Shown here: in pieces, positions 44,220 through 53,583 of the stretch
Position numbering within the stretch: the first letter of the stretch is position 1
How the letters are laid out: each line of letters starts with the position of its first letter
NCBI GenBank assembly: GCA_947459205.1
Contig: CANHCR010000008.1
Location: forward strand, 7,216 to 71,215
DNA from: Bacillales bacterium
Lineage (GTDB): Bacteria > Bacillota > Bacilli > Paenibacillales > CANHCR01
Direction: 5' to 3'
DNA: 64,000 nt
Position numbers and translations under genes: made by a program
The notes under the pieces: model-generated
What the model was told of the DNA's origin: nothing
Seen by the model: only the letters and a program-made list of their open reading frames with translations
Databases searched by the model: none

Positions 44220-44363
44220 GTAATCATTATTTTCATTAGTGTGTTACTCGTCATCGTCGGCGGACTGCTTACAGGTTATGTGCTGCTAGGCAATCAACCT
44301 GCTGGCGAAGTATTCAAACCGTCTACATGGCAACATCTTATTGATTTAATCTTTGCAGAATAA
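44220..44363 (+). pseudogene. EpuA-family small membrane protein reading frame lacking a canonical start (not in ORF track)
   Basis: manual translation VIIIFISVLLVIVGGLLTGYVLLGNQPAGEVFKPSTWQHLIDLIFAE*; expected position between flhP and fabZ. Confidence 0.6.
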
Positions 44364-44385
44364 CTCCCTTACGGGAGTTTTTTTG
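44362..44385 (+). terminator. intrinsic terminator after flhO-flhP-epuA
   Basis: AACTCCC-TTAC-GGGAGTT followed by a T run. Confidence 0.8.
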
Positions 44386-44454
44386 ATTTGTTTTATTTTG
44401 TCACAAAGACAGTTATAATGAGTAAGGTAACTGTTGCATGAAGGAGCTGTATGC

Positions 44455-44985
44455 ATGAACTTACCGAACGCATTGACGGTTTCGAGATTCTTTTTGGTTC
44501 CGGTCTTTGTGGTTTGTTTTTTCTTCATCCATCAAGCGGCTGCTTTTTTCGTCGTACTTGTTGCCGCGTTGACCGACGTACTCGACGGTTACATCGCTCG
44601 CAAGTATGGACAAATGAGCGACGTCGGGGCAATGCTCGATCCGCTGGCAGATAAAACACTGATGGTCGCCATTACGGCCGTGCTTGTCATCGATGAGCGA
44701 ATTCATTGGCTCATCGGCTTGCTCGTCGGCTTGCGCGAACTCATCATGATTATCGTCGCACTAGTCGGGCGTGCGCGTGGGATTCAGCCTGTTGCTGCGA
44801 ATCAATGGGGCAAATGGACAACGTTGCTTTACTACGTACTATTTTCCGCACTCATTTTAGGCGTCATGGAGCGTCTGGTGGCCGACCTGTTGCTAGTGCT
44901 TATCCTCGCCTTTTCAGTGACAGCAAGCCTCTACTACGCTCGGCTTATGTTTGGAGCACAAACAAAAAGGCACATCCGCAACTGA
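44455..44985 (+). CDS. CDP-alcohol phosphatidyltransferase (PgsA-like)
   Basis: MNLPNALT.SR, TDVLDGYIAR...GAMLDPLADK. Confidence 0.9.
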   Translation: MNLPNALTVSRFFLVPVFVVCFFFIHQAAAFFVVLVAALTDVLDGYIARKYGQMSDVGAMLDPLADKTLMVAITAVLVIDERIHWLIGLLVGLRELIMIIVALVGRARGIQPVAANQWGKWTTLLYYVLFSALILGVMERLVADLLLVLILAFSVTASLYYARLMFGAQTKRHIRN

Positions 44986-45057
44986 ATACCTCGTTCGCGG
45001 ACATGCCCCTTTATATCAACCGAAGTCCCTGCAGGCGACATCGGAGTTATCATTATT

Positions 45058-45086
45058 TTGACATCATCGGCTCAATTTTATACTAT
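45058..45086 (+). promoter_or_regulatory. sigma-A promoter of fabZ
   Basis: TTGACA-17 nt-TACTAT. Confidence 0.55.
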
Positions 45087-45108
45087 CTTCATGAGGAGAG
45101 TGAACGTT

Positions 45109-45552
45109 TTGCCACTGGATTCCACACAAATTCAACAAATCATCCCGCACCGTTACCCGTTTTTACTGGTCGACCGCATTTTAGAGCTCGAACCAGGTCA
45201 ACGTGCGATTGGCATCAAAAATGTTACCGTTAACGAGCACTTTTTTGTCGGTCATTTTCCCGATTATCCGGTCATGCCCGGCGTACTGATTATCGAGGCA
45301 CTCGCACAAGTTGGTGCAGTTGCCATTCTCAGTCTAGAAGCGAACAAAGGCAAGTTGGCATTCTTTGCCGGCATCGACGAAGTGCGCTTTCGTGGACAAG
45401 TCGTGCCAGGCGACACACTCACACTTGAAATGGAAATCACACGTGCTCGCGGTAGCATCGGTAAAGGTCGGGCTACAGCGCGTGTCGGCGATAAAGTTGT
45501 TGTTGAGGGCGAATTGATGTTCGCGCTTAGCGATGCAAATTCACAAACATAG
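45109..45552 (+). CDS. fabZ: 3-hydroxyacyl-ACP dehydratase
   Basis: [29 protein letters not shown]; start 45100 or 45109. Confidence 0.97.
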   Translation: MPLDSTQIQQIIPHRYPFLLVDRILELEPGQRAIGIKNVTVNEHFFVGHFPDYPVMPGVLIIEALAQVGAVAILSLEANKGKLAFFAGIDEVRFRGQVVPGDTLTLEMEITRARGSIGKGRATARVGDKVVVEGELMFALSDANSQT

Positions 45553-45575
45553 AGCACTTACAGGAGAGATACACC

Positions 45576-47288
45576 ATGTCAACGAAACAATCGATGGAAT
45601 TGTACCATTCGTGGTTGCAGGACCAGCTGATCGACGAGGAAACGAAAGCGGAACTGCGCGCGATTGTCGAAAATGAAAAGGAAATTGAGGATCGCTTTTA
45701 TCGCGAGCTAGAATTTGGCACGGGCGGTTTGCGCGGTGTTATAGGTGCTGGTACGAACCGGATGAACATTTATACGATTGCTCGCGCCACTCAAGGCTTA
45801 GCTTCATTTATATTGCAAAACAAACGAACAGAGGAGCAGCCTTCTGTTGTTATCGCGTATGATTCGCGCAATAAATCGCCAGAGTTTGCCCTCGAGGCGG
45901 CGCTTGTCTTGGCCGGCAACGGCATCAAAGCGTACGTCTTCGAATCACTCCGACCAACGCCGCAACTTTCGTTCGCTGTCCGCTACTTGAACGCGACTTC
46001 TGGCATTGTCATCACAGCCAGTCACAATCCGCCAGAGTACAACGGTTATAAGGCGTACGATGAGACCGGGTGTCAGTTTTTGCCCGCACCTGCAGAACAA
46101 ATCATTGCTGAGGTGGGCAAAGTACAGTCCTTCACGCAAATCAAAAAGATTTCACGTGAGGACGCTGAACAGTCGGGATTATTGGCGTGGCTTGGCGCTG
46201 AAGTAGACGATGCATTTATCGATGCTGTCACTTCGGTCAGTTTGAACCGCGATTACCTCCAAACGATTGCGAAAGATATGAAAATTGTGTTTACACCGTT
46301 GCACGGAGCGGGCAATTTGCCAGTGCGTGCAGCATTGCAGCGAATCGGCTTCGAGCAAGTGCAAGTCGTTGCTGAACAGGAATTGCCAGACCCGTTGTTC
46401 TCTACCGTCAAATCGCCGAACCCTGAAGAGCGCGAAGCATTCGCACTGGGTTTGCAACTCGCTGAACAAATCGGTGCAGACTTGATTGTCGGTACAGACC
46501 CAGACTGTGACCGAATGGGTGCCGTCGTAAAAAATAGCGCTGGCGAATTCGAAGTTTTGTCCGGCAATCAAATCGGTGCCATCATCACCGAATATTTGCT
46601 CAGTCAGCGCGCACAAAAAGGGTTGCTTCCAGCGAACGGTGTGCTAGTCAAATCGATTGTCACAAGTGAAATGGGACCGACGATTGCTGCCTCCTATGGA
46701 GTGCCAACTATCAACACATTGACAGGCTTTAAATTCATCGGTGATCGCATGAACGGATTCGAACAACAGGGCGACCATACGTACATGTTTGGTTACGAAG
46801 AAAGTTACGGTTATTTGGCCGGCACGCATGCGCGCGATAAGGATGCCGTCGTTGCCTCGATGCTCATTTGCGAAGCCGCAGCATTTTATAAAACGCAAGG
46901 CAAGACACTCTATGATGTGCTGCAGGAGTTGTACGGTCGCCATGGCTATTTCCGTGAGGCATTGCAATCGCGCACGATGAAAGGCAAAGATGGAGTCGAG
47001 CATATTGGACGCATCATGACTTTTTGGCGCAACAATGCACCGCAAGCCATCAATGGTGTTTCGGTGCAACAAACGCAAGACTATTTGAACGGCTATGGCG
47101 GTTTGCCCGCTGAAAATGTGCTGAAATATATACTTGCCGACGGCTCGTGGTTCTGCCTGCGCCCGTCAGGCACCGAACCAAAAATAAAAATTTATTTCGC
47201 AGTCTGTGGTTCTAGTCTTGCTCAAGCGGACGCACAACTGCAAGGTTTGATTGAAAAAGTGAGCGCAATTATCGACAACATTCAGTGA
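45576..47288 (+). CDS. pgm: phosphoglucomutase/phosphomannomutase
   Basis: FGTGGLRG, TASHNP, DPDCDR, GYEESYG, RPSGTEPK. Confidence 0.93.
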   Translation: MSTKQSMELYHSWLQDQLIDEETKAELRAIVENEKEIEDRFYRELEFGTGGLRGVIGAGTNRMNIYTIARATQGLASFILQNKRTEEQPSVVIAYDSRNKSPEFALEAALVLAGNGIKAYVFESLRPTPQLSFAVRYLNATSGIVITASHNPPEYNGYKAYDETGCQFLPAPAEQIIAEVGKVQSFTQIKKISREDAEQSGLLAWLGAEVDDAFIDAVTSVSLNRDYLQTIAKDMKIVFTPLHGAGNLPVRAALQRIGFEQVQVVAEQELPDPLFSTVKSPNPEEREAFALGLQLAEQIGADLIVGTDPDCDRMGAVVKNSAGEFEVLSGNQIGAIITEYLLSQRAQKGLLPANGVLVKSIVTSEMGPTIAASYGVPTINTLTGFKFIGDRMNGFEQQGDHTYMFGYEESYGYLAGTHARDKDAVVASMLICEAAAFYKTQGKTLYDVLQELYGRHGYFREALQSRTMKGKDGVEHIGRIMTFWRNNAPQAINGVSVQQTQDYLNGYGGLPAENVLKYILADGSWFCLRPSGTEPKIKIYFAVCGSSLAQADAQLQGLIEKVSAIIDNIQ

Positions 47289-47377
47289 TACTTGAACACA
47301 TTGCCCGCTGACCTCTTCGGCCCTTATGCCGAGGAGGTCTTCCTGCAATCAATACGAAATTGAGGAGTACATACCAA

Positions 47378-49360
47378 ATGAAAAAATGGTTGGTTTACAT
47401 CATTGCGATTGGACTGCTGGCATCACTCATGCAGATTGGCTATCGTTATCAAAGTGAGCAACAAAATAAACAATTGGAAATCGCGTTCGATTATCGAGAT
47501 TTGATTTATGTTGCCAGTTTGAAGACCAATCAGCAAGAATATTTGCAAAATCAATTGCTCCAATTGAAAGAAGAAGGAGTAACGACAATCGGCATCAGTG
47601 AAAGTTCGCTTGATGAACTCGAACAATTGCAACGGATTGATGCATTTTCTGCTAAAGAGTTGTCTTTCTTAACGCGCGATTCTTCATTTGACCCAGGATA
47701 TACATATTTGATTTTTAAAGATGAACAGGCACGCGAGTCTGTAGAAAATCAGATTCGTGTTTCGTTTGAGCGGGTTAACGTCAAAGTCGAAAGTTGGCGG
47801 TTTGAAGGGAAAGATGGGTTGAAAATTTCCTTGCCACAAAGCTTTGCGCAAAAAATCACGTTGCTACCCGACGAGTTTTCGATGAAAGAGCTCCAAAAAA
47901 TGGGCTTTCAAATGATTTTACGAGTCTCCAATCGCGTCGATTACAATGCCGATTATAATCGTCGACTGATGGAATTGGCGGCTGCGCATGATGTCCGTCG
48001 CGTATTTTTCGATGGTGACTCTGTTCCTGGCTATGAGGAAGAGGACAAAGAACGGACCAAACAAAATTTGCAGCAAGTAGGTTCTTTAATGAAAGAACTG
48101 AAACTGAGCATGGCCGTTATTGAATTGCTCAAATTTGAACCGAAAGGCGTACGTACGATTGCCAAGGAAATCGGGTACGATGTGGTGCGCATCCATTCGA
48201 TAACTGAGCGCGATGCGACCATGAAATCTGAAGTGATTAGCGCACGAATCGCTTTAGCCGTCAAAGATCGCAACATCCGCATCGTATTTCTCAATGTCAG
48301 TTTGCTTTTCGCCCACGATCGCAACAAGATTGTGGATACACTCGCTGATGGCAATTTGATTGAGGCGCTCAATGGTGAAGAGGGTGCCTTAAAAACGCTA
48401 GAGAAAGCCGGGTTTAAGTTAGGTACCGCCGAACCGTTTCAATTGAGCGAACTGCCGTTTCCGTGGTTGTTTCAACTTTTGAGCGTGCTTGGAAGTTTAG
48501 CCTTGATATACTTACTGGCCATTCAATTTGCACCGGGCTACTCACGTTTATTGATGATTGGCGCTGTGCTTGCCGCGCTCGGCTTGTTCTTCTTATCGCC
48601 ATCGGCTTTGTACAAGGTGCTTGCGCTTGGCGCAGCGATTAGTGCTCCAGTATTGGCGGTCATTTTTTCTGTTAATCGTTTGCGTGAAGCAACACCATCG
48701 ATACTCCGTGCCATTCTGATGTTCATCACTGCGTGTGCCGGTTCGATGGTTGGAGCACTCTATCTTACCAGTTTGTTACATGGTGTATCATTCATGGTGG
48801 TTCTTGATCAATTTTCCGGCGTCACTGTCTTGCATTTGTTGCCGATTGTACTCATTGCACTGTACGTCATTTTTTATCATCAGAAAAATAGCATACACGA
48901 GCGATTCGACTATGCTCGTCAGTTGATGATTCAACCGGTTAATGTGCTTTGGCTTGTGCTCGCGGGAATCGGCGGCGTGTTTGTGATGTACTATTTGTCG
49001 CGTACTGGCAATAGTGGTCAGACCATCGAGTTAGAACTCATATTCCGTAACTTCTTGGAAGATACATTAGGAGTTCGACCGCGTAATAAGGAATTTTTAT
49101 TCGCTCACCCATTGTTCATTTTGGCCGCCTATTTGGCATTCCGTTATCGACAGGCGACTTATCTGTTTATCTTTGGTGTGATGGGTCAATTGTCGATTGT
49201 TAGTTCGTTCTCGCATCTGCATACGCCGCTTGTCGTTTCTCTGCTCCGCGTCATCTACGGAATGGCGGGCGGGATCATAGTCGGTTTGTTGCTCATACTG
49301 TTGTGGAACGTGGTATCGAAAGGATGGCAAAAATGGCTGTTAACATTAAAAAGATCGTAA
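47378..49360 (+). CDS. DUF5693-family multi-pass membrane protein with large extracytoplasmic domain
   Basis: N-terminal TM, about 340-aa soluble domain (VVRIHS, LAVKDRNIR), many C-terminal TMs with RTGN, GVRPRNKEF, FSHLHTP; overlaps csaB. Confidence 0.75.
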   Translation: MKKWLVYIIAIGLLASLMQIGYRYQSEQQNKQLEIAFDYRDLIYVASLKTNQQEYLQNQLLQLKEEGVTTIGISESSLDELEQLQRIDAFSAKELSFLTRDSSFDPGYTYLIFKDEQARESVENQIRVSFERVNVKVESWRFEGKDGLKISLPQSFAQKITLLPDEFSMKELQKMGFQMILRVSNRVDYNADYNRRLMELAAAHDVRRVFFDGDSVPGYEEEDKERTKQNLQQVGSLMKELKLSMAVIELLKFEPKGVRTIAKEIGYDVVRIHSITERDATMKSEVISARIALAVKDRNIRIVFLNVSLLFAHDRNKIVDTLADGNLIEALNGEEGALKTLEKAGFKLGTAEPFQLSELPFPWLFQLLSVLGSLALIYLLAIQFAPGYSRLLMIGAVLAALGLFFLSPSALYKVLALGAAISAPVLAVIFSVNRLREATPSILRAILMFITACAGSMVGALYLTSLLHGVSFMVVLDQFSGVTVLHLLPIVLIALYVIFYHQKNSIHERFDYARQLMIQPVNVLWLVLAGIGGVFVMYYLSRTGNSGQTIELELIFRNFLEDTLGVRPRNKEFLFAHPLFILAAYLAFRYRQATYLFIFGVMGQLSIVSSFSHLHTPLVVSLLRVIYGMAGGIIVGLLLILLWNVVSKGWQKWLLTLKRS

Positions 49361-50472
49361 TATCTGGATATTACGGCTTTGATAATAGTGGTGATGAAGC
49401 GGTCTTGCAGGCAATCTTGCTTGCTTTGCAGGACAGTGGTCAACGATACGGAGTGAAATTTGAGCCGATTGTCTTATCGGCAAATCCGCAACAAACAGCG
49501 ACACTGTATGGTGTGCGCGCGGTCTCACGGAACAATATTAAGCAGATCATCAAAACACTGCGCAGTGCTGACGGTTTAATCAGTGGTGGCGGCAGTCTTC
49601 TGCAAGATGTGACAGGGTTTGGTTCCATTCCTTATTATTTGGGGGTCATCAAACTGGCACAATGGCTGCACAAGCCGGTCTTCGTCTATGCGCAAGGGAT
49701 TGGACCTGTCAAACATAGATTTTTCCACTGGCTGATTCGTGCTGTCTTTCAGCATAATGCATTTACATCGGTGCGTGACATCGAGTCGAAACGATTTCTC
49801 GAACAACTTGGACTAGGTGAACGTCATCCGATTGAACTCGTACCCGATCCGGTTATGGCTCTTTCATTGCCTGAAGATATTGAAGGTGAAGTGAGCAATC
49901 GTGAGAACGAAAAGTTGATTATCGGTGTGTCCGTACGCTTTTGGCAAGAGAATGATGAATTTCTCAGTGAACTCGGTAAGGCATTGCAACAGTTGCTCGA
50001 CGCCGATCCACGAATTTGTGTGCATTTGTTACCGTTTCATTTGCCGTCGGACGAGCAGGCTTCGCTGAAACTTATACACGAGATTGAAGCCGTGCACCAT
50101 AACAGAATTCAAATGAAAGCGTATAAAGAACCACAGCATATGTTAGCGGCTGTCGGGCGTTGTGATTTGTTAATCGGCATGCGTTTGCATGCATTGATTT
50201 ACGCTGCCAATCAGCAGGTGCCAATGATCGGTATTTCTTATGATCCGAAAATCGATCAATTCCTTGCGCGTATAGAGATGAAGGCGGTAGCAACCACGGC
50301 GAATTTGCAAGCACTTGAGGTAGTACGACAAGCGACCGAATTGCTCGATAGTAGATCGAAATGGCAGGCTGAAAAGCAATCGTTACTGAACACACTACAA
50401 TCAGAAGCACGCTTTCCGGCTGAAGCCATTGTCCGACACTTTGCTCCGGTAGAAGGGGACCAACATGTATAA
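49333..50472 (+). CDS. csaB: polysaccharide pyruvyl transferase
   Basis: ISGYYGFDNSGDEA, SGGGSLLQD, AQGIGP, GMRLHALI, SYDPK. Confidence 0.93.
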   Translation: MAVNIKKIVISGYYGFDNSGDEAVLQAILLALQDSGQRYGVKFEPIVLSANPQQTATLYGVRAVSRNNIKQIIKTLRSADGLISGGGSLLQDVTGFGSIPYYLGVIKLAQWLHKPVFVYAQGIGPVKHRFFHWLIRAVFQHNAFTSVRDIESKRFLEQLGLGERHPIELVPDPVMALSLPEDIEGEVSNRENEKLIIGVSVRFWQENDEFLSELGKALQQLLDADPRICVHLLPFHLPSDEQASLKLIHEIEAVHHNRIQMKAYKEPQHMLAAVGRCDLLIGMRLHALIYAANQQVPMIGISYDPKIDQFLARIEMKAVATTANLQALEVVRQATELLDSRSKWQAEKQSLLNTLQSEARFPAEAIVRHFAPVEGDQHV

Positions 50473-51187
50473 CCATACGAAATTGTTTGACATTCACATA
50501 TCGAAAATGAACATGCGCGAAACCGTCGCATATTTGACTGAAGCGATTGAACAAAAAAAACCGACGCAAGTCATCACCGCTAATCCGATTATGATCATGG
50601 CTGCTTTGGAGGATGAAAACTACAAACGCATGATGCAACAAGCGGAATTGGTTGTACCTGATGGAGCGGGCGTTGTTTGGGCGGCTAACTATTTGAACGA
50701 CCCTGTACAAGAGCGTGTTCCTGGCATTGATTTGATGCTTGAATTACTCGGTCGTGCGCAAGATCGAGCGTGGAACGTCTATTTTCTGGGTGCATCCACG
50801 GAAGTCATCGAAGCGGCTATTGCCAACATTCGTTCGCGATTTCCGCAACTACATATATGTGGGTATCGCAACGGCTATTTTGGCACCGAGCAAGATGAAG
50901 AAGTGATAACCGAATTGAAGTCCAAAAATCCCGACCTGCTATTCGTCGGTCGGGCGGCGAATCAGCAGGAACCGTGGATTCATCAACACAAATCCAACTT
51001 AAGTATTCCAGTGTTGATGGGCGTTGGCGGAAGTTTTGACGTATTGTCGGGAAAATTAAAGCGAGCGCCGCGCATTTGGCAAACATTGCGCCTTGAGTGG
51101 TTGTATCGATTACTCCAAGAACCGTGGCGGTATAAGCGGATGTTGCAACTTCCGAAATTTATGTGGCTCGTATTCAGAAAAAAATAA
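50465..51187 (+). CDS. tagA: WecG/TagA/CpsF N-acetylmannosaminyltransferase
   Basis: TANP, VPDG.GVV, ERVPGIDL, GVGGSFDV, KRAP, LEWLYRL. Confidence 0.92.
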   Translation: MYNHTKLFDIHISKMNMRETVAYLTEAIEQKKPTQVITANPIMIMAALEDENYKRMMQQAELVVPDGAGVVWAANYLNDPVQERVPGIDLMLELLGRAQDRAWNVYFLGASTEVIEAAIANIRSRFPQLHICGYRNGYFGTEQDEEVITELKSKNPDLLFVGRAANQQEPWIHQHKSNLSIPVLMGVGGSFDVLSGKLKRAPRIWQTLRLEWLYRLLQEPWRYKRMLQLPKFMWLVFRKK

Positions 51188-51205
51188 TTTTTTTCAGAAA
51201 ACGTA

Positions 51206-51235
51206 TTGCATATTTTATTCGAATCGGAGTATAAT
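51206..51235 (+). promoter_or_regulatory. sigma-A promoter of tagO
   Basis: TTGCAT-18 nt-TATAAT. Confidence 0.6.
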
Positions 51236-51250
51236 CTGAAAAGATGAAAA

Positions 51251-51278
51251 TGTAATGTATTTGTAACATTACTGTAAC
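51251..51278 (+). promoter_or_regulatory. triple OmpR-family (WalR-consensus) direct repeat
   Basis: TGTAAT-N5-TGTAAC-N5-TGTAAC matches TGTWAH-N5-TGTWAH. Confidence 0.6.
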
Positions 51279-51300
51279 AATTGGAATGGAAGTGAAATCA

Positions 51301-52407
51301 ATGACTGAAGCAGCTTGGATTGGCTTGGCGCTTTCGTTCGTTCTTGCGCTATTGCTCACGCCGCTCGTCAAAAAATTTGCAATCAAAGTCGGTGCCATCG
51401 ACAAACCGAACCAGCGCAAGGTGCATGAGCGAATCATGCCTCGTTTGGGCGGACTTGCGATTTTCTTCGCATTTGCGATTGTCGCTATTTACATGTTGAT
51501 GACCGGAACCTTCGAATCATCTAATATGATTCTCGGTTTTCTGTTTGGCGGTGCAGCTATTGTGCTTGTTGGTGCACTCGATGACAAATATGAACTTTCA
51601 CCTAAGTGGAAACTGTTGGGTCAGACAGTTGCTGCGGCGATTGTCGTTGCTTTCGGAGTGAAAATTGACATCATTGCTGTACCATTCACCGATTCGTATC
51701 TTGATATCGGTTGGTTAAGCATTCCGATTACGATGTTTTGGATTGTTGCAATCACGAATGCCGTCAATCTAATCGATGGTCTTGATGGACTGGCTGCTGG
51801 TGTATCCGCAATCGCCACGACAACCATTATGATTTTGTCGATTATTATGGGTAACATCCCAGTCTTCATTATTTGTGCAATCTTACTTGGTTCCATCATC
51901 GGCTTTCTATTTTTCAATTTCTACCCTGCCAAAATTTTTATGGGCGACACTGGCGCATTGTTCCTTGGTTTCATGCTTGCTACCCTGTCCATTCTTGGCT
52001 ACAAGCAAGCGGCGTTCGTATCATTCGTTATTCCGTTGCTCATTCTCGGTGTGCCATTGTCTGACACCTTCTTTGCGATTATTCGTCGTAAATTAAACAA
52101 CAAGCCGATTTCGGTCGCAGATAAAAGTCATTTGCATCACTGCTTGCTTCGTATGGGTCTTAGCCATCGCAACACAGTTTTGGTCATTTATGCGATTGCC
52201 GCTTTTTTTGGACTGAGCGCGATCATTTTATCTCAAGTCAGTTTGTGGGCAACCATCGCTTTGTTCGCTGTACTTCTGCTCATTATCGAAGTCGGCGCTG
52301 AATCGATCGGCATCTTCCGTCGCAAAAAACCGTTGCTTTATTTTTTCCATCGCATTCGCTTAAATACAAAACGATACTTGGCAGACCGATATCGAGTTAG
52401 TAAATAA
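51301..52407 (+). CDS. tagO: undecaprenyl-phosphate GlcNAc-1-phosphate transferase (TagO/WecA)
   Basis: RKVH..MPRLGG, GALDD, NAVNLIDGLDGLA, FMGDTG, DKSHLHH. Confidence 0.93.
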   Translation: MTEAAWIGLALSFVLALLLTPLVKKFAIKVGAIDKPNQRKVHERIMPRLGGLAIFFAFAIVAIYMLMTGTFESSNMILGFLFGGAAIVLVGALDDKYELSPKWKLLGQTVAAAIVVAFGVKIDIIAVPFTDSYLDIGWLSIPITMFWIVAITNAVNLIDGLDGLAAGVSAIATTTIMILSIIMGNIPVFIICAILLGSIIGFLFFNFYPAKIFMGDTGALFLGFMLATLSILGYKQAAFVSFVIPLLILGVPLSDTFFAIIRRKLNNKPISVADKSHLHHCLLRMGLSHRNTVLVIYAIAAFFGLSAIILSQVSLWATIALFAVLLLIIEVGAESIGIFRRKKPLLYFFHRIRLNTKRYLADRYRVSK

Positions 52408-52415
52408 TCAAGCGC

Positions 52416-52450
52416 AACCCCCGTGAGCGACTGTTCACGGGGGTTTATTT
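52416..52450 (+). terminator. terminator after tagO
   Basis: AACCCCCGTGAGC-GACT-GTTCACGGGGGTT-TATTT. Confidence 0.75.
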
Positions 52451-52539
52451 GTCAGTCGGTAATGATTGCTCATTTTTCGTTCAGTCAGTACAATAAATAT
52501 ATATCATTCACAGTCCATTTAATTAGAGGAGCAGACCGC

Positions 52540-53142
52540 ATGTACATCAATAAAAAACTTCTTGTTTTCCTTTTACTGCTGACTATTGGCAGCGTCGCCT
52601 TTGCTGTAGTGAGCAGCGCACAAAATAATGCTCCGAATCATGCGGCACCTACAGTGCCCGGATCAGCGGATGACCCGCTAATCACCAAAAGTTATGTGGA
52701 CGAGCAAGTCGCAGCACTAGTCAATGCCGAACTACAGAAGTTACAAGCCACGTTCGACAAAAAAATGAATGATCAACTGCTGAAAATGGAAACGCAGTTC
52801 AAAGCTGCCAACGCAGCAGAAATCAACAAATTGCGACAATCGCTCAAAAATCCTTCTGCCGAACTGCTCACAGTCACCGTAAAACCAGGACACATGTTAA
52901 TCGCCAATGCAGGGTCAGAGTTTATTGTGCGAAGCGGTCGTGCATCGTTATTTAGTCCTGACAGCAACGGAGCTTCAAATTTGACTATCGGTCGAGATGT
53001 TGCGCCGGGCACCATTGTACCGAACAATCAGCTCATTGTATTTCCGAAAGAGGGACGCGGATTGTCGAACAGTGCCACCGCCAAAATGGATTTAATTGTC
53101 TTAACAAGAGGCGGACATCAATTGAAAAAACAAACAAAATAA
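52540..53142 (+). CDS. secreted hypothetical protein (PGSADDPLITKSYVD motif, coiled coil, beta-rich C-domain)
   Basis: GAGGAG RBS, signal peptide, heptad-like segment, then VTVKPG..EFIVRSG..GRG. Confidence 0.75.
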   Translation: MYINKKLLVFLLLLTIGSVAFAVVSSAQNNAPNHAAPTVPGSADDPLITKSYVDEQVAALVNAELQKLQATFDKKMNDQLLKMETQFKAANAAEINKLRQSLKNPSAELLTVTVKPGHMLIANAGSEFIVRSGRASLFSPDSNGASNLTIGRDVAPGTIVPNNQLIVFPKEGRGLSNSATAKMDLIVLTRGGHQLKKQTK

Positions 53143-53171
53143 CCAGTTCTGAACTTGTCAAAATGTGATTC

Positions 53172-53200
53172 GACTATCTTATGTTCAAACGGTCACACTA
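53172..53200 (+). promoter_or_regulatory. putative forespore sigma-G/F promoter for SASP gene
   Basis: GACTA-17 nt-CACACTA, overlapping GGTCACACTA. Confidence 0.4.
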
Positions 53201-53228
53201 ACATCATCAAAAGTTGGAGGTGATGTTG

Positions 53229-53501
53229 GTGGCTAGACGTAACAAATCGTATGTTATACCAGAGTGTCGCGCCGCTCTAGACGTATGGAAACACGAAATT
53301 GCTGAAGAACTCGGCTTGTTTGCAAGTGTCGATGATTTCGTCGAATTTGCGACCGAATGGGATGCTTCTGGTAATCAAATGAGCGGAAGTGCGGGTGGTA
53401 AGAAGACATGGGCTGACGTTTCCGCTCGTGAAGCAGGATCCGTTGGCGGACGCATCACAGCACGCCTAATCGCAAGTGCACAACAGTCTTTACTCGTTTG
53501 A
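53229..53501 (+). CDS. alpha/beta-type small acid-soluble spore protein with internal insertion
   Basis: ALD.WKHEIAEELG ... SAREAGSVGGRIT.RLI; GGAGGTG RBS. Confidence 0.85.
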   Translation: MARRNKSYVIPECRAALDVWKHEIAEELGLFASVDDFVEFATEWDASGNQMSGSAGGKKTWADVSAREAGSVGGRITARLIASAQQSLLV

Positions 53502-53526
53502 CTTATACCCATAAATAGCGTATCAT
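53498..53526 (+). promoter_or_regulatory. putative sigma-A promoter of metK
   Basis: TTGACT-17 nt-TATCAT overlapping the SASP stop codon. Confidence 0.6.
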
Positions 53527-53550
53527 TTTCGAATGAGAGGCAATAAAACC

Positions 53551-53583
53551 TCAACCTTTTCCTTGCGGAAAAGGTTGATTTTT
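53551..53583 (+). terminator. terminator hairpin in the metK leader
   Basis: TCAACCTTTTCC-TTGC-GGAAAAGGTTGA-TTTTT perfect 12-bp stem. Confidence 0.8.
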
